A stretch of 64,000 nt of DNA from Steroidobacteraceae bacterium (GTDB lineage Bacteria > Pseudomonadota > Gammaproteobacteria > Steroidobacterales > Steroidobacteraceae), in contig DATHQM010000054.1 of assembly GCA_035482695.1 (NCBI GenBank), forward strand, positions 460 through 64,459. Reading direction: 5' to 3'. Numbering within the stretch: position 1 is the stretch's first letter; the number at the start of each line of letters is the position of its first letter. Below, in pieces: positions 26,245 to 35,179 of the stretch. The translations under genes were made by a program, and so were the position numbers. The notes under the pieces were generated by a model. It ran no database searches and was not told the origin of the DNA. It saw only the letters and a program-made list of their open reading frames with translations.

Positions 26245-27518
26245 CAGTGTGTCCGCCGCGACGCGAAGCGCGCGAATGCATAGGGTGCGGGGTCGATCGC
26301 CGGTGTCTGCGCCGACAGCAGGTCGGCCAGCAACTGCCCGGACCCGGCCGCCATGGTCCACCCCAGCGGGCCGTGCCCGGTATTGAGCCAGAGGTTCGCC
26401 ACGCCGGTCGCGCCGATGACCGGCACGCCATCGGCCGACATGGGGCGCAGCCCGCACCAGGGCCTGGCGGCTGCCGGGTCGAGGCCGGCTTCGGGCAGCA
26501 CCTTCGCGACCAGGTTGAGCAGATTGCGCACGCGCTCCGGACGCAGCGCCAGGTCGTAGCCGGCAAACTCCGCGGTGCCGGCCGCGCGCACCGCGCCGTC
26601 GAGCGGCACGATGACCGCGTGCAGGTCATCGTCCGCGATCGGCATCTGCAGCGGCGGCGGCTTACCCGCGCCGGCCGGGAAGGTCACCGAGTATCCCTTG
26701 GCCGGCCGGACCGGCAGCCCGATCCCGAGGGGCTTGAGCAGTGGCGCACTGTAGCTGGCGGCGGCGAGCACGTAGGCGTCCGCAGTGAGCCGTTCGTCCG
26801 CCGTGCGCACGGCTGCCAACCGGCCGGCTGCGACCTCCAGCGCCCGTACCTGCACGCCGAAGCGAAACTGCACGCCCGCCGCACGCGCCTGCTCAGCGAG
26901 CGCCACGCAGAAGCGGTGGGCATCGCCCGTCTCGTCGATCGGGCAGTAGAGCGCGCCGGCGAGCTCGCGGCCGATCGGAGCGAGCGCGGGTTCCAGCTCC
27001 AGGGCCTGCGCGCTGGAGAGGCTCTCGAACTCGACCGCGCCGGCCGACCAGCGCGTCACGGCGGCGACTGCCCGCGCGAGGCTGGCGCGATCGCGGAAGA
27101 TCCGCAGGCTGCCACGCGCGGCGCGCCCGTAGATGAGGCCGGTCTGTTGCCGCAGCAGCTGCAGCACCTGGCGCGAGTACAGGGCAAGCGCAAGGTTGCT
27201 GCGCGTGTTGCGCAGGTAGCGCTCGACGCTCGAGTTGCGCAGGAAGCGGATCCCCCAGCCGCCGAGCGCGGGCAGTGCGGCGAGCCGCAGCTTCAGCGGC
27301 GCCTCGGGACGGCCGAGCGAATGCAGCAGTACCCGCCAGCAGCCGGGCGCGTTCCACGGCTCGGGCATGCTCGGTGACAGCAGTGCCCCGTTGGCGAAGC
27401 TCGTCTGCCTGCCGGGACCGTCCTCGCGCTCGAGCACCGTGACCTCGTGTCCGCGGCGCCGCAGAAACCAGGCACTGGTCAGGCCGATCAGGCCGCTGCC
27501 GATCACGACTACTTTCAT
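26244..27518 (-). CDS. FAD-dependent D-amino-acid dehydrogenase-like oxidoreductase
   Basis: N-terminal dinucleotide fold MKVVVIGSGLIGLTSAWFL..GHEVTVLE. DadA-like length. The stop shares a base with the ATG of the next gene (TGATG). Alternative start at 27533. Confidence 0.85.
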   Translation of the reverse strand: MKVVVIGSGLIGLTSAWFLRRRGHEVTVLEREDGPGRQTSFANGALLSPSMPEPWNAPGCWRVLLHSLGRPEAPLKLRLAALPALGGWGIRFLRNSSVERYLRNTRSNLALALYSRQVLQLLRQQTGLIYGRAARGSLRIFRDRASLARAVAAVTRWSAGAVEFESLSSAQALELEPALAPIGRELAGALYCPIDETGDAHRFCVALAEQARAAGVQFRFGVQVRALEVAAGRLAAVRTADERLTADAYVLAAASYSAPLLKPLGIGLPVRPAKGYSVTFPAGAGKPPPLQMPIADDDLHAVIVPLDGAVRAAGTAEFAGYDLALRPERVRNLLNLVAKVLPEAGLDPAAARPWCGLRPMSADGVPVIGATGVANLWLNTGHGPLGWTMAAGSGQLLADLLSAQTPAIDPAPYAFARFASRRTH

Positions 27519-27620
27519 CGGCCGATATTTCATCACATCCGCGCGCTTAGGTACCGGCAACGGTCAAGACGCCGGCGTGCCGCTGGTGGAACCGACCACC
27601 GGATCGGTTAATCTGCGGCC

Positions 27621-28511
27621 ATGGACGTGGGATTCATCGGGCTCGGCCGCATGGGCAGCGCCATCGCGGCCAACCTGCTGCGCGCCGGTCACACGCTGTG
27701 TATCTGGAATCGTTCGCCTGAAGCCGCACGCGAGCTGCAACGGCTGGGCGCGAAAGTCGCGGCGGCGCCCGCGGAGACCGCGCGCGCCCAGGTGTTGTTC
27801 ACCATGCTGGCGGACGACGCTGCCACGCGCGCGGTCGTCCTCGACGCCGGCGTGCTCGATGCCGCATCCCGTGGCCTGATTCACGCCAACCTCGCCACGG
27901 TCTCGGTGGGCTGTGCACGCGAGCTCGCGCAGCTGGAGAAGGCCCGCGGCATCGACTACGTCGCCGCCCCGGTGTTCGGCAGGCCGGAAGCGGCCCAGGC
28001 GGCGAAGCTCAATGTCGTTGTGGCCGGCGATCCGGCGGCCATCGGGCGCCTGCAGCCGCTGTTCGCCGCGATCGCCGAGCGGGTCTGGCCGATCAGCGGT
28101 GCCGCCGAGCGCGCCAATGTGGTGAAGCTCGCCGGGAACTTCATGATCGCGAGCGCGCTCGAGACGATGGGCGAAGCGGCCGCACTGGTGCAGGCTCACG
28201 GCATCGGCGCGGGCGAATTCCTCGAGGTGCTGACCAGCACGCTGTTCGCATCCCCGGTGTATCAGAACTACGGCAGGCTGATTGCGTCGGCTCGCTATGA
28301 GCCGGCCGGATTCAAACTCTCGCTCGGGTTGAAGGACGTGCGGCTGGTGCTGCAGGCGGGCGAGGACGTGCACGTGCCACTGCCCTTCGCGAGCGTGCTG
28401 CGTGACCATTTTCTCGAGGCGCTCGCCGCCGGCAGGGGCGACCAGGACTGGGCGGCTCTCGCCGCCGTCGCGGCTGCACACGGACCGCAGCAGCAGCCAC
28501 GAGAGCGCTGA
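27621..28511 (+). CDS. NAD(P)-dependent 3-hydroxyisobutyrate/6-phosphogluconate dehydrogenase-like oxidoreductase
   Basis: VGFIGLGRMGSAIAANL Rossmann motif, and later GAAERANVVKLAGN, typical of the HIBADH family. Confidence 0.85.
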   Translation: MDVGFIGLGRMGSAIAANLLRAGHTLCIWNRSPEAARELQRLGAKVAAAPAETARAQVLFTMLADDAATRAVVLDAGVLDAASRGLIHANLATVSVGCARELAQLEKARGIDYVAAPVFGRPEAAQAAKLNVVVAGDPAAIGRLQPLFAAIAERVWPISGAAERANVVKLAGNFMIASALETMGEAAALVQAHGIGAGEFLEVLTSTLFASPVYQNYGRLIASARYEPAGFKLSLGLKDVRLVLQAGEDVHVPLPFASVLRDHFLEALAAGRGDQDWAALAAVAAAHGPQQQPRER

Positions 28512-30092
28512 GTGCGGGCGGCGCGTCCGGCTGCCTGCCTGCGCCGCGCGGGGCTCGGCGCGCTCGCCGCAACATCCTGCGCATTCGTCGCACCCCCGCC
28601 CTCGCTCGCCGCGCCCCGGCCCGCAGATTCCTCGCTGATCGGCCAGGTCGACGCCTATCGCCGCGCGCATGAGGAGGCGATCGTCGCGCAGCTCGACGCC
28701 CTGACGCGGCTGCGCAGTATCGCCGCAGATCCGACCGGACTCGACGCCGCCGCCGACCGATTGCAAGCCCTGCTGGCGGCGCGCGGCTTCGCGGTACGGC
28801 AGCTGCGCGCGGAAATCGGCACGCCGGCGCTCGTGTTCGGCTCGCTCAAGAGCCCGCGCGCCACGCACACCGTGGTGTTTTACGCGCATTATGACGGCCA
28901 GCCGGTGACGCCCTCGCGGTGGCACTCGGACCCCTTCATCCCGGTGATGCGCAGCGGGCCGCTGAGCGCCGCGGCGTCCGAGGTCAACTGGCGCGACCTG
29001 CGCGCGCCGCTCGACCCCGAGTGGCGTCTGTTCGGCCGCGCCGTCGCCGACGACAAGGCCTCCATCGTGGCGTTCCTCGCGGCCTTTGATGCGCTGGCCG
29101 CGGCCGGCCGCAAACCCACCGTCAACATAAAGGTCGTGTGGGAAGGCGAGGAGGAAGCAGGCTCGCCGCATCTCGAAGCGATCCTGCGAGCCAACCGCGA
29201 GCCGCTGGCGAGCGATCTGTGGCTGATCGGCGATGCACCGGTGCATCAGTCGCGCACGCCGACGCTCTACTTCGGCGCGCGCGGCAGCGTGGACCTGGAG
29301 GCGACGGTGTACGGGCCGCTGCACGCGCTGCACGACGGGCACTACGGCAACTGGGTGCCGAATCCCGCGGTCATGGCGGCGGAGCTGGTGAGCGAGATGC
29401 GCGACAGCGAGGGCCGGATCCTCATTCCCGGATTTGACGACGAGGTGCAGCCGGTTCCGCCCGCCGCGCGCGCGGCGCTGGCGCAGCTGCCGCCGGTGGA
29501 GGAGTCGCTCAAGCGCGAGTTCGGCATCGGCCGCAGCGAGGGTAATGAAGGACTGACCGCCAGCACGCTGCGACCCGCGCTCAACGTGCGCGGCCTCCGT
29601 TCCGGCCAGGTGGGCGCGGACGCCGTCAATGCCATCCCCGCGGATGCGGTCATTTCCATCGATTTTCGCCTGGTGCCCGACCAGCGACCGGCCACGGTGC
29701 GTGCGCGCGTCGAAGCTTTCCTCGCCGCCCGGGGGTGGACGGTGGTCAGTGCACCTCCGGACTTCGACACGCGCCTCGCCCATCCGCGCATCATCAGCCT
29801 GCGCTGGGATGCGGGATACCCGGCGCTGCGCACCGACATGTCATCGCCGCTCGCGCGTGCGGTGATTGCGGCCGCCGACCGCGCCGCGGGCGGCCGTGTG
29901 GCGCTGTTACCGATGATGGGCGGCAGCGTGCCGATCTACATGATCGCCGCGGTCTGCGCGGTGCCGGTGATCGGCCTGCCGATCGTCAACCACGACGACA
30001 GCCAGCACGCGCCCGATGAGAACCTGCGGCTGAAGAATCTGTGGGACGGAATCGATACCTACGCCGCAATGCTCGGCACGCTCAGCTGGTAA
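28512..30092 (+). CDS. exported M20 family metallopeptidase
   Basis: N-terminal signal-like segment. Metal-ligand motifs FYAHYDGQPV, GRAVADDKAS and WEGEEEAGSP. GTG start abuts the previous stop. Confidence 0.85.
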   Translation: MRAARPAACLRRAGLGALAATSCAFVAPPPSLAAPRPADSSLIGQVDAYRRAHEEAIVAQLDALTRLRSIAADPTGLDAAADRLQALLAARGFAVRQLRAEIGTPALVFGSLKSPRATHTVVFYAHYDGQPVTPSRWHSDPFIPVMRSGPLSAAASEVNWRDLRAPLDPEWRLFGRAVADDKASIVAFLAAFDALAAAGRKPTVNIKVVWEGEEEAGSPHLEAILRANREPLASDLWLIGDAPVHQSRTPTLYFGARGSVDLEATVYGPLHALHDGHYGNWVPNPAVMAAELVSEMRDSEGRILIPGFDDEVQPVPPAARAALAQLPPVEESLKREFGIGRSEGNEGLTASTLRPALNVRGLRSGQVGADAVNAIPADAVISIDFRLVPDQRPATVRARVEAFLAARGWTVVSAPPDFDTRLAHPRIISLRWDAGYPALRTDMSSPLARAVIAAADRAAGGRVALLPMMGGSVPIYMIAAVCAVPVIGLPIVNHDDSQHAPDENLRLKNLWDGIDTYAAMLGTLSW

Positions 30093-30203
30093 ACCGCTGC
30101 GCAGTTGTCCGCAGCACGCCCGCCCGCAAGCCGGGGTAGCTTGCTTAACACGCAGGGCGGCAGTTATGTTGTGCATCCGGCCAGCCTTCGGAAGGAGAAG
30201 CGC

Positions 30204-30524
30204 GTGAAACAGGTCATCGACAAGTCCCGCCGCCGCCTGCTCAGGAACATCGCCCTGGGTGTGGTACTGATCCCGATCGCCCGCGCGCCTGTGGAGATCG
30301 CCGGCGCTGCCGACGGCCCGCTCGTCACTGCCGACGATCCCACCGCCAAGGCACTGAAATACACCGCCGACGCCAGCACGTCGCCGGACGCCAAGGGCAA
30401 CAAGTGCTCGAACTGCCGCTTCTACCAGGGTGCCGCCGACAGCGCGCAGGGAGGCTGCCTGATATTCCCGGGCAAGTCGGTCAAGGCTGCGGGGTGGTGT
30501 AGTTCCTGGACCGCGAAAACCTAG
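30204..30524 (+). CDS. high-potential iron-sulfur protein (HiPIP)
   Basis: GAAGGAG RBS then GTG 30204. Tat motif SRRRLL. Four-Cys HiPIP pattern CSNCRFY...GGCLIFPGKSVKAAGWCSSW. Confidence 0.9.
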   Translation: MKQVIDKSRRRLLRNIALGVVLIPIARAPVEIAGAADGPLVTADDPTAKALKYTADASTSPDAKGNKCSNCRFYQGAADSAQGGCLIFPGKSVKAAGWCSSWTAKT

Positions 30525-30713
30525 GCACGCCGGCCCGCGGTGCCGCGTCGGCCGCCGTACTCATGCCGGCGGCTGTACTGCCACCATCCGCGGGCCGCTG
30601 CGCCCGGCCAGCACGCGACACACGAACCCGGCCGGCTTGACGACCAACAGGCCGCAGGCCAGGCGGTCCATGATGATCGCCGCGACCGCCTGCTAAATGC
30701 ACCGTTTCGCGCG

Positions 30714-30727
30714 TGCAACGTGTTGCA
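30714..30727. promoter_or_regulatory. 14-bp palindrome TGCAACGTGTTGCA, candidate operator
   Basis: Perfect inverted repeat TGCAAC-GT-GTTGCA, about 115 nt upstream of the kinase ATG (30841), in an otherwise non-coding 316-bp spacer. Confidence 0.3.
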
Positions 30728-30816
30728 AATGCCGATTTCCTCACGTAATCGCGGCCACTCCCCCGCCATTGCGGAACATACGTACGGACGTCCGACCCCG
30801 GGCAGTACATCCTGAT

Positions 30817-30836
30817 GCCTCATAGTATGATGAGGC
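30817..30836 (+). promoter_or_regulatory. stem-loop whose 3' arm contains the Shine-Dalgarno of the kinase gene
   Basis: GCCTCAT-AGTATG-ATGAGGC (7-bp stem). GAGG at 30832-30835 is the only SD-like element before ATG 30841. Confidence 0.35.
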
Positions 30837-30840
30837 GAAA

Positions 30841-31605
30841 ATGAAGGCTGATTCGCACCCTGAGGGGCAGCTGGGAGTGCCGGCTGCAGTGCTGCACGGC
30901 CGGCTTCTGCACGTCTCGCGCATGGCGACCATCGGTGAGATGGCCGCCGGAGTCGCGCATGAGCTGAATCAACCGCTGACGGCGATCGCCAACTACGCCC
31001 AGGCCTGCCGCCGGCTGCTCGCGCGGCCCGATGCCGACCCGACGGAGCTGCAGCAGGCGCTGGCGGAGATCACCACGCAGGCGGCCCGCGCTGCCGAGAT
31101 CATCCGCCGCCTGCGCGACCTTGCCCGCAGCCAGCAGAGCGAGCGGGCGACGACCGATATCAATGCCCTGGTGCAGGAGATGATCGAACTGGTCGAGAGC
31201 GATGCGCGCCTGCACGGCGTGCACGTCTCGCTCGAGCTCACCGACGAGCTGCCCGGGGTGCTGGTCGACGCCGGTCAGATCCAGCACGTCATTCTCAGCT
31301 TCGTACGCAACAGCCTCGAAGCGCTGGCATCGCAACCCGGCGGCGGGCATTTGTCGATCCGCACCTCGCGGCCCTCCACCGCCGAGGTGGAGGTGGCCGT
31401 CATCGATAACGGCCCGGGTCTTGCCGCGGAAGCGATGGCACGCCTCTTCGACCCCTTCTTCTCCACCAAGGCGAGGGGTACGGGGATGGGCCTGGCGATC
31501 AGCCACACGATCGCACGCACCCACGGCGGTTCGGTAGGCTATCGGCCCAATCAGCCGTCGGGGGCATGCTTTTACATTCTCCTGCCGGCGCCGCCCGCCA
31601 CGTGA
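30841..31605 (+). CDS. sensor-less cytoplasmic histidine kinase (FixL-type transmitter only)
   Basis: H-box IGEMAAGVAHELNQPLTAIANYA begins about 30 aa from the N-terminus. HATPase motifs DNGPGL and GTGMGLAIS. Clear paralog of 11608..12447. Confidence 0.88.
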   Translation: MKADSHPEGQLGVPAAVLHGRLLHVSRMATIGEMAAGVAHELNQPLTAIANYAQACRRLLARPDADPTELQQALAEITTQAARAAEIIRRLRDLARSQQSERATTDINALVQEMIELVESDARLHGVHVSLELTDELPGVLVDAGQIQHVILSFVRNSLEALASQPGGGHLSIRTSRPSTAEVEVAVIDNGPGLAAEAMARLFDPFFSTKARGTGMGLAISHTIARTHGGSVGYRPNQPSGACFYILLPAPPAT

Positions 31606-31606
31606 T

Positions 31607-32233
31607 ATGCAGGACCCGGCGACAACCATCTACGTAGTCGACGACGATGAGGGGGTGCGCAACTCCGTACGCTTCCTGCTCAAGTCCGTCGGACTGACCG
31701 CACGCACCTTTGCCTCCGCGCGCGAGTTCCTCGACGGCTACCAGCCCAGGCAGCCCGGTTGCGTGGTGCTCGACGTGCGCATGCCCGGAATGAGCGGGCT
31801 GGAATTGCAGGAGCAGCTCAACCTGCGCGGCGCGGTGATTCCTGTGATCTTCATCACCGGGCACGGCGATATCCCCATGGCGGTGGACGCCATGCAACAT
31901 GGTGCGTTCGATTTTCTGCAGAAGCCGTTCCGCGACCAGGACCTGATCGACCGCATCCAGCGGGCACTCGATCGCGATGCCAAAAATCGCGCCGCGCTCG
32001 CGCAGCACGACCGAATCCGCGGGCGCTTCGAATCCCTCACGCCACGCGAGCGCGAGGTGCTGACGCTGATGACGCGTGGAAAACCCAACAAGGTGATGGC
32101 CGCGGAGCTCGGCGTCAGTCAGCGCACCGTCGAGATACACCGTGCCCGCGTGATGGAGAAAACCGGCGCCGCGTCACTCGCCCAGCTGGTGCGGATGGTG
32201 CTCGATCTCGAGTCGCAGGACACCGTGCCCTAA
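31607..32233 (+). CDS. FixJ/LuxR family response regulator
   Basis: Receiver (IYVVDDDEGVR...VVLDVRMPGMSG...FLQKP) plus LuxR HTH (LTPREREVLTLMTRGKPNKVMAAELGVSQRTVEIHR). Starts 1 nt after the kinase stop. Confidence 0.92.
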   Translation: MQDPATTIYVVDDDEGVRNSVRFLLKSVGLTARTFASAREFLDGYQPRQPGCVVLDVRMPGMSGLELQEQLNLRGAVIPVIFITGHGDIPMAVDAMQHGAFDFLQKPFRDQDLIDRIQRALDRDAKNRAALAQHDRIRGRFESLTPREREVLTLMTRGKPNKVMAAELGVSQRTVEIHRARVMEKTGAASLAQLVRMVLDLESQDTVP

Positions 32234-32244
32234 AGCGCGTTGCT

Positions 32245-32263
32245 GCGGCGGACACGCCGCCGC
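32245..32263 (+). terminator. GC-rich hairpin after the response regulator gene
   Basis: GCGGCGG-ACACG-CCGCCGC followed by TT, located 12 nt after the stop at 32233. No long U tract. Confidence 0.35.
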
Positions 32264-32318
32264 TTCGCTGCGGCATCTGCGTATTTCCCCGGCAGCGTCA
32301 TTGCCATAATCATGTGGC

Positions 32319-32834
32319 ATGAACACCAGATCTGACGCGGATATATGCGCCAACGTCGAGGCGGAACTGCACTGCTGCCCGGACGTGGACGAGACCGACA
32401 TCGCGGTCAAGGTACGCAACGGTACCGTCACGCTGAGCGGCTTCGTGCGCAGTCTCTTCGACAAGTACGGCGCGGAGGACGCGATCAGGCGCGTTCGCGG
32501 GGTCGGCGCGGTGGCCAACGAGCTGGTCGTGCAGACACCCGACGGCCGCGACAGCATCTGCGATCCGCAGATCGCGGGCGCCGCAGTTACAGCGATCCAG
32601 CGGCAGCTGCCACTGTGCTGTGAACAGATACGCCTGCTCGTTCACCAGGGCTGCGTCACTCTTGAAGGCAAAGTCGAGTGGCTGCACCAGCGTGAGGAAG
32701 CCGAGGCAGTCGTGCTGCGACTGCCGGGTGTTCGCGGCGTGATCAACGCCATTGCGCTCGCACCGTGCGTGGCATCGGGATGCAACGAGCTGTCGATCCG
32801 CTCCGCGGGTGTTGCCGCCGGGAACGACACCTAG
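32319..32834 (+). CDS. BON domain protein (two BON repeats, OsmY-like)
   Basis: Two repeats of the pattern I.V.V.NG.VTL.G.V....(..)A......V.GV..V.N.L (VKVRNGTVTLSGFV...VRGVGAVANELVV and LVHQGCVTLEGKV...LPGVRGVINAIAL). Confidence 0.85.
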   Translation: MNTRSDADICANVEAELHCCPDVDETDIAVKVRNGTVTLSGFVRSLFDKYGAEDAIRRVRGVGAVANELVVQTPDGRDSICDPQIAGAAVTAIQRQLPLCCEQIRLLVHQGCVTLEGKVEWLHQREEAEAVVLRLPGVRGVINAIALAPCVASGCNELSIRSAGVAAGNDT

Positions 32835-33002
32835 GCCAGGCGAGCCGCGGGCATCCCACACCCGCACGCTGCGATGCAAGCGCTGTTCGATGCGGCGCTG
32901 CGGCGGCGGCGCGAACGGTGCGTGCGCAAGCGCACATACCCGAAAGGATGCTAAGCTGCCGCGCCGTCAGCAGCGCTCGGGTAGCCTTTGAGGGAGCGAA
33001 AA

Positions 33003-34439
33003 ATGGCAGATAGCGCCAACACCCAGGCCTCGCGTCACTTAACTATCGCGGCGATCCTGGCGTCGGGGCTGCTCGCGGCGCCAGCGGCGCTGGCGGTACC
33101 GAGCTTTGCACGGCAGACGGGCATGGCCTGCGAGGCCTGCCACACGGTCTTTCCCGAGCTCACGCACTTCGGCCGCGTCTTCAAGGCTAACGGCTATACG
33201 CTCACGAACCTCAAGCAGGTGCGCGACGTCAGCGCCACCAAACAGCAGCTGCTCGAGCTGTCGCAGATGCCGCCGCTGTCCATCATGGCGCAGATCTCCT
33301 ACACGGAGCTGAAGACCCCCGTCCCCAACCTTGCAGGTGCTGGCGCTCCCGGAGTCGCGCAAAACGGCACTGCCGGCTTTCCGCAGCAGTTCAGCCTGTT
33401 CTACGCGGGCAAGATTGCACCGAACTTCGGCGCGATGTTCCAGCTCACTTACGATAACGCCGGCGGCACGATCGGCATCGACAACAGCGATCTGCGCTTC
33501 GCCGATATGGCACTGCTGCCCGACAACGGCACCCTGACCTACGGCCTGTCGCTCAACAACAACCCGACGGTGCAGGATCTGTGGAACTCGACGCCGGCAT
33601 GGGGCCTTCCCTACGAAGCGAGTAACGCGGCGGTGTCGCCACTCGCCGGCACTGCGATCAACGGCGCGTTCGCGCAGAACGTCGCCGGTCTCACCGGTTA
33701 TCTGTACTGGAACGAATCACTGTACGCCGAGGTCGGCGGTTACCGCTCGGCGCAGCAGGGAGTGACCAACCAGCTGACCGGCGGCGCCGGGCCGCTCGAC
33801 GGCACCGCCTCGAACGTCATCCAGGGGCTCTCGCCTTACTGGCGCCTCGCCTACGAGTACAACTGGGACCGCAATTCCATCGAGGTCGGCGGCTACGGAA
33901 TGGACTTCAAGGTGCTGCCGGGGGCGGCATCCGGCGCGCCCACGAATCTGCATGGTCCTTACAACCAGTTCAATGACGTCGCCGAGGATCTGCAGTATCA
34001 GTTCATAGGCGAGCAGAATCTGTTCAGCGTGATGGCAACCCACATCCACGAGTCGATGACGCTCAATGCGGCTTTTGCCAGCGGGGCGTCGGCGAATCCC
34101 TCCAATACACTCACCACCACCGAGGTAGCGGCCACCTACTACTATCGCCGCCGCATCGGTGGTTCGCTGCAGTACTTCTCGACCACCGGCAGCACCGACA
34201 CCGGCCTGTATCCGGGCACGGCACCAGGCCAGCCGGGCGTGGTCACCAGCGCCAACGGCTCGCCCGACACGCGCGGCTACATCGCGGAGCTCAACTACCT
34301 GCCGTGGCTCAACGTCAAGGTATCGATGCAGTACATCTGGTACAACAAATTCAACGGCGGCAGCAGTAACTACGACGGCGTGGGACGCAACGCTTCCGAC
34401 AACGATACGTTGTATCTGCTCCTCTGGTTCGCGTACTGA
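33003..34439 (+). CDS. fused monohaem cytochrome c / outer-membrane beta-barrel protein (Cyc2-like)
   Basis: GAGGGAG RBS then ATG 33003. Signal peptide ends ALA-VP, followed immediately by SFARQTGMACEACHTVFPELTHFGRVFKANGY (single CxxCH). After that come about 430 aa of alternating-pattern, Gly/Tyr/Asn-rich sequence ending in an aromatic terminus (LLWFAY), typical of OM barrels. Confidence 0.75.
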   Translation: MADSANTQASRHLTIAAILASGLLAAPAALAVPSFARQTGMACEACHTVFPELTHFGRVFKANGYTLTNLKQVRDVSATKQQLLELSQMPPLSIMAQISYTELKTPVPNLAGAGAPGVAQNGTAGFPQQFSLFYAGKIAPNFGAMFQLTYDNAGGTIGIDNSDLRFADMALLPDNGTLTYGLSLNNNPTVQDLWNSTPAWGLPYEASNAAVSPLAGTAINGAFAQNVAGLTGYLYWNESLYAEVGGYRSAQQGVTNQLTGGAGPLDGTASNVIQGLSPYWRLAYEYNWDRNSIEVGGYGMDFKVLPGAASGAPTNLHGPYNQFNDVAEDLQYQFIGEQNLFSVMATHIHESMTLNAAFASGASANPSNTLTTTEVAATYYYRRRIGGSLQYFSTTGSTDTGLYPGTAPGQPGVVTSANGSPDTRGYIAELNYLPWLNVKVSMQYIWYNKFNGGSSNYDGVGRNASDNDTLYLLLWFAY

Positions 34440-34448
34440 GGTTGCGTC

Positions 34449-35126
34449 ATGAGCCATATCAACATGAATCGTGATGCCCGCTGGCAACCCGGCAGCGCCT
34501 GGCCGCGCCTGTGGCTGTCGCTTGCCGGCACCGCCCTGCTCGCGACCGCGGTGTGCGTGGTGCGCGCCGATGAGCCCGATCCTGCCGCAAAGGCGTACGT
34601 CGCAAAAATTGCCATCGGCACCTGCGGCACCTGCCACGGGCGGGACGGCAACAGCACGCAGCCGAAGTTTCCGCGCCTCGCCGGCCAGCGACCCACCTAC
34701 CTCGTTACGCAGCTCAAGGGATTTCGCGCCCAGACCCGCGGTGATCCGGATGCGATCAGCTACATGTGGGGCATGGCGAGCCAGCTGGACGATACGACCA
34801 TGGAGACGCTCGCCGCCTATTACGCCACGCAGACAGCGCAGGTCAGCCCGGGCGGCGACGCGGCGCTCGTCGCGCGCGGACGCGAGATCTACGAGCATGG
34901 CGTGGCGGCACAGGGCGTGCCGGCCTGCAGCACCTGTCATGGAGCGGATGCCCATGGGCAGCAGGATTTCCCGCGCCTCGCCGGCCAGCACGCGCAGTAC
35001 GCGCTGAAGCAGCTCGCCTCCTTCCAGAGCAGCATGCGCAACGTCGCGGTCATGCACGGCGTGGCGCAGAATCTGCATCTGGACGACATGCAGGCGGTGG
35101 CGGCGTACCTGGAGGCGCAGCCCTAG
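34449..35126 (+). CDS. dihaem cytochrome c4 family protein
   Basis: Two CxxCH sites (CGTCHGRDG, CSTCHGADA), each followed by FPRLAGQ and a Met-containing distal segment. Signal peptide present. Starts 9 nt after the Cyc2-like gene. Confidence 0.9.
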   Translation: MSHINMNRDARWQPGSAWPRLWLSLAGTALLATAVCVVRADEPDPAAKAYVAKIAIGTCGTCHGRDGNSTQPKFPRLAGQRPTYLVTQLKGFRAQTRGDPDAISYMWGMASQLDDTTMETLAAYYATQTAQVSPGGDAALVARGREIYEHGVAAQGVPACSTCHGADAHGQQDFPRLAGQHAQYALKQLASFQSSMRNVAVMHGVAQNLHLDDMQAVAAYLEAQP

Positions 35127-35179
35127 GAGGCGTGCGCCGTGTGGGCGGGGTCGCGGGTCAGCCTGCGCGGAACTCGCGC

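Noticed and set aside
25298-26629. 443-aa ORF read as one protein
   Set aside because: Its first ~195 residues are out-of-frame read-through (Pro/Arg/Cys-rich) across the frameshift site and the dadA-like 3' end. Only the part downstream of ~26045 is family-like. Re-interpreted as a frameshifted gene starting at 26244.
27564-29783. 739-aa minus-strand ORF spanning the HIBADH-like and M20 peptidase genes
   Set aside because: Low-complexity Arg/Ala/Gly composition. Both + strand genes carry clear family motifs. Shadow ORF.
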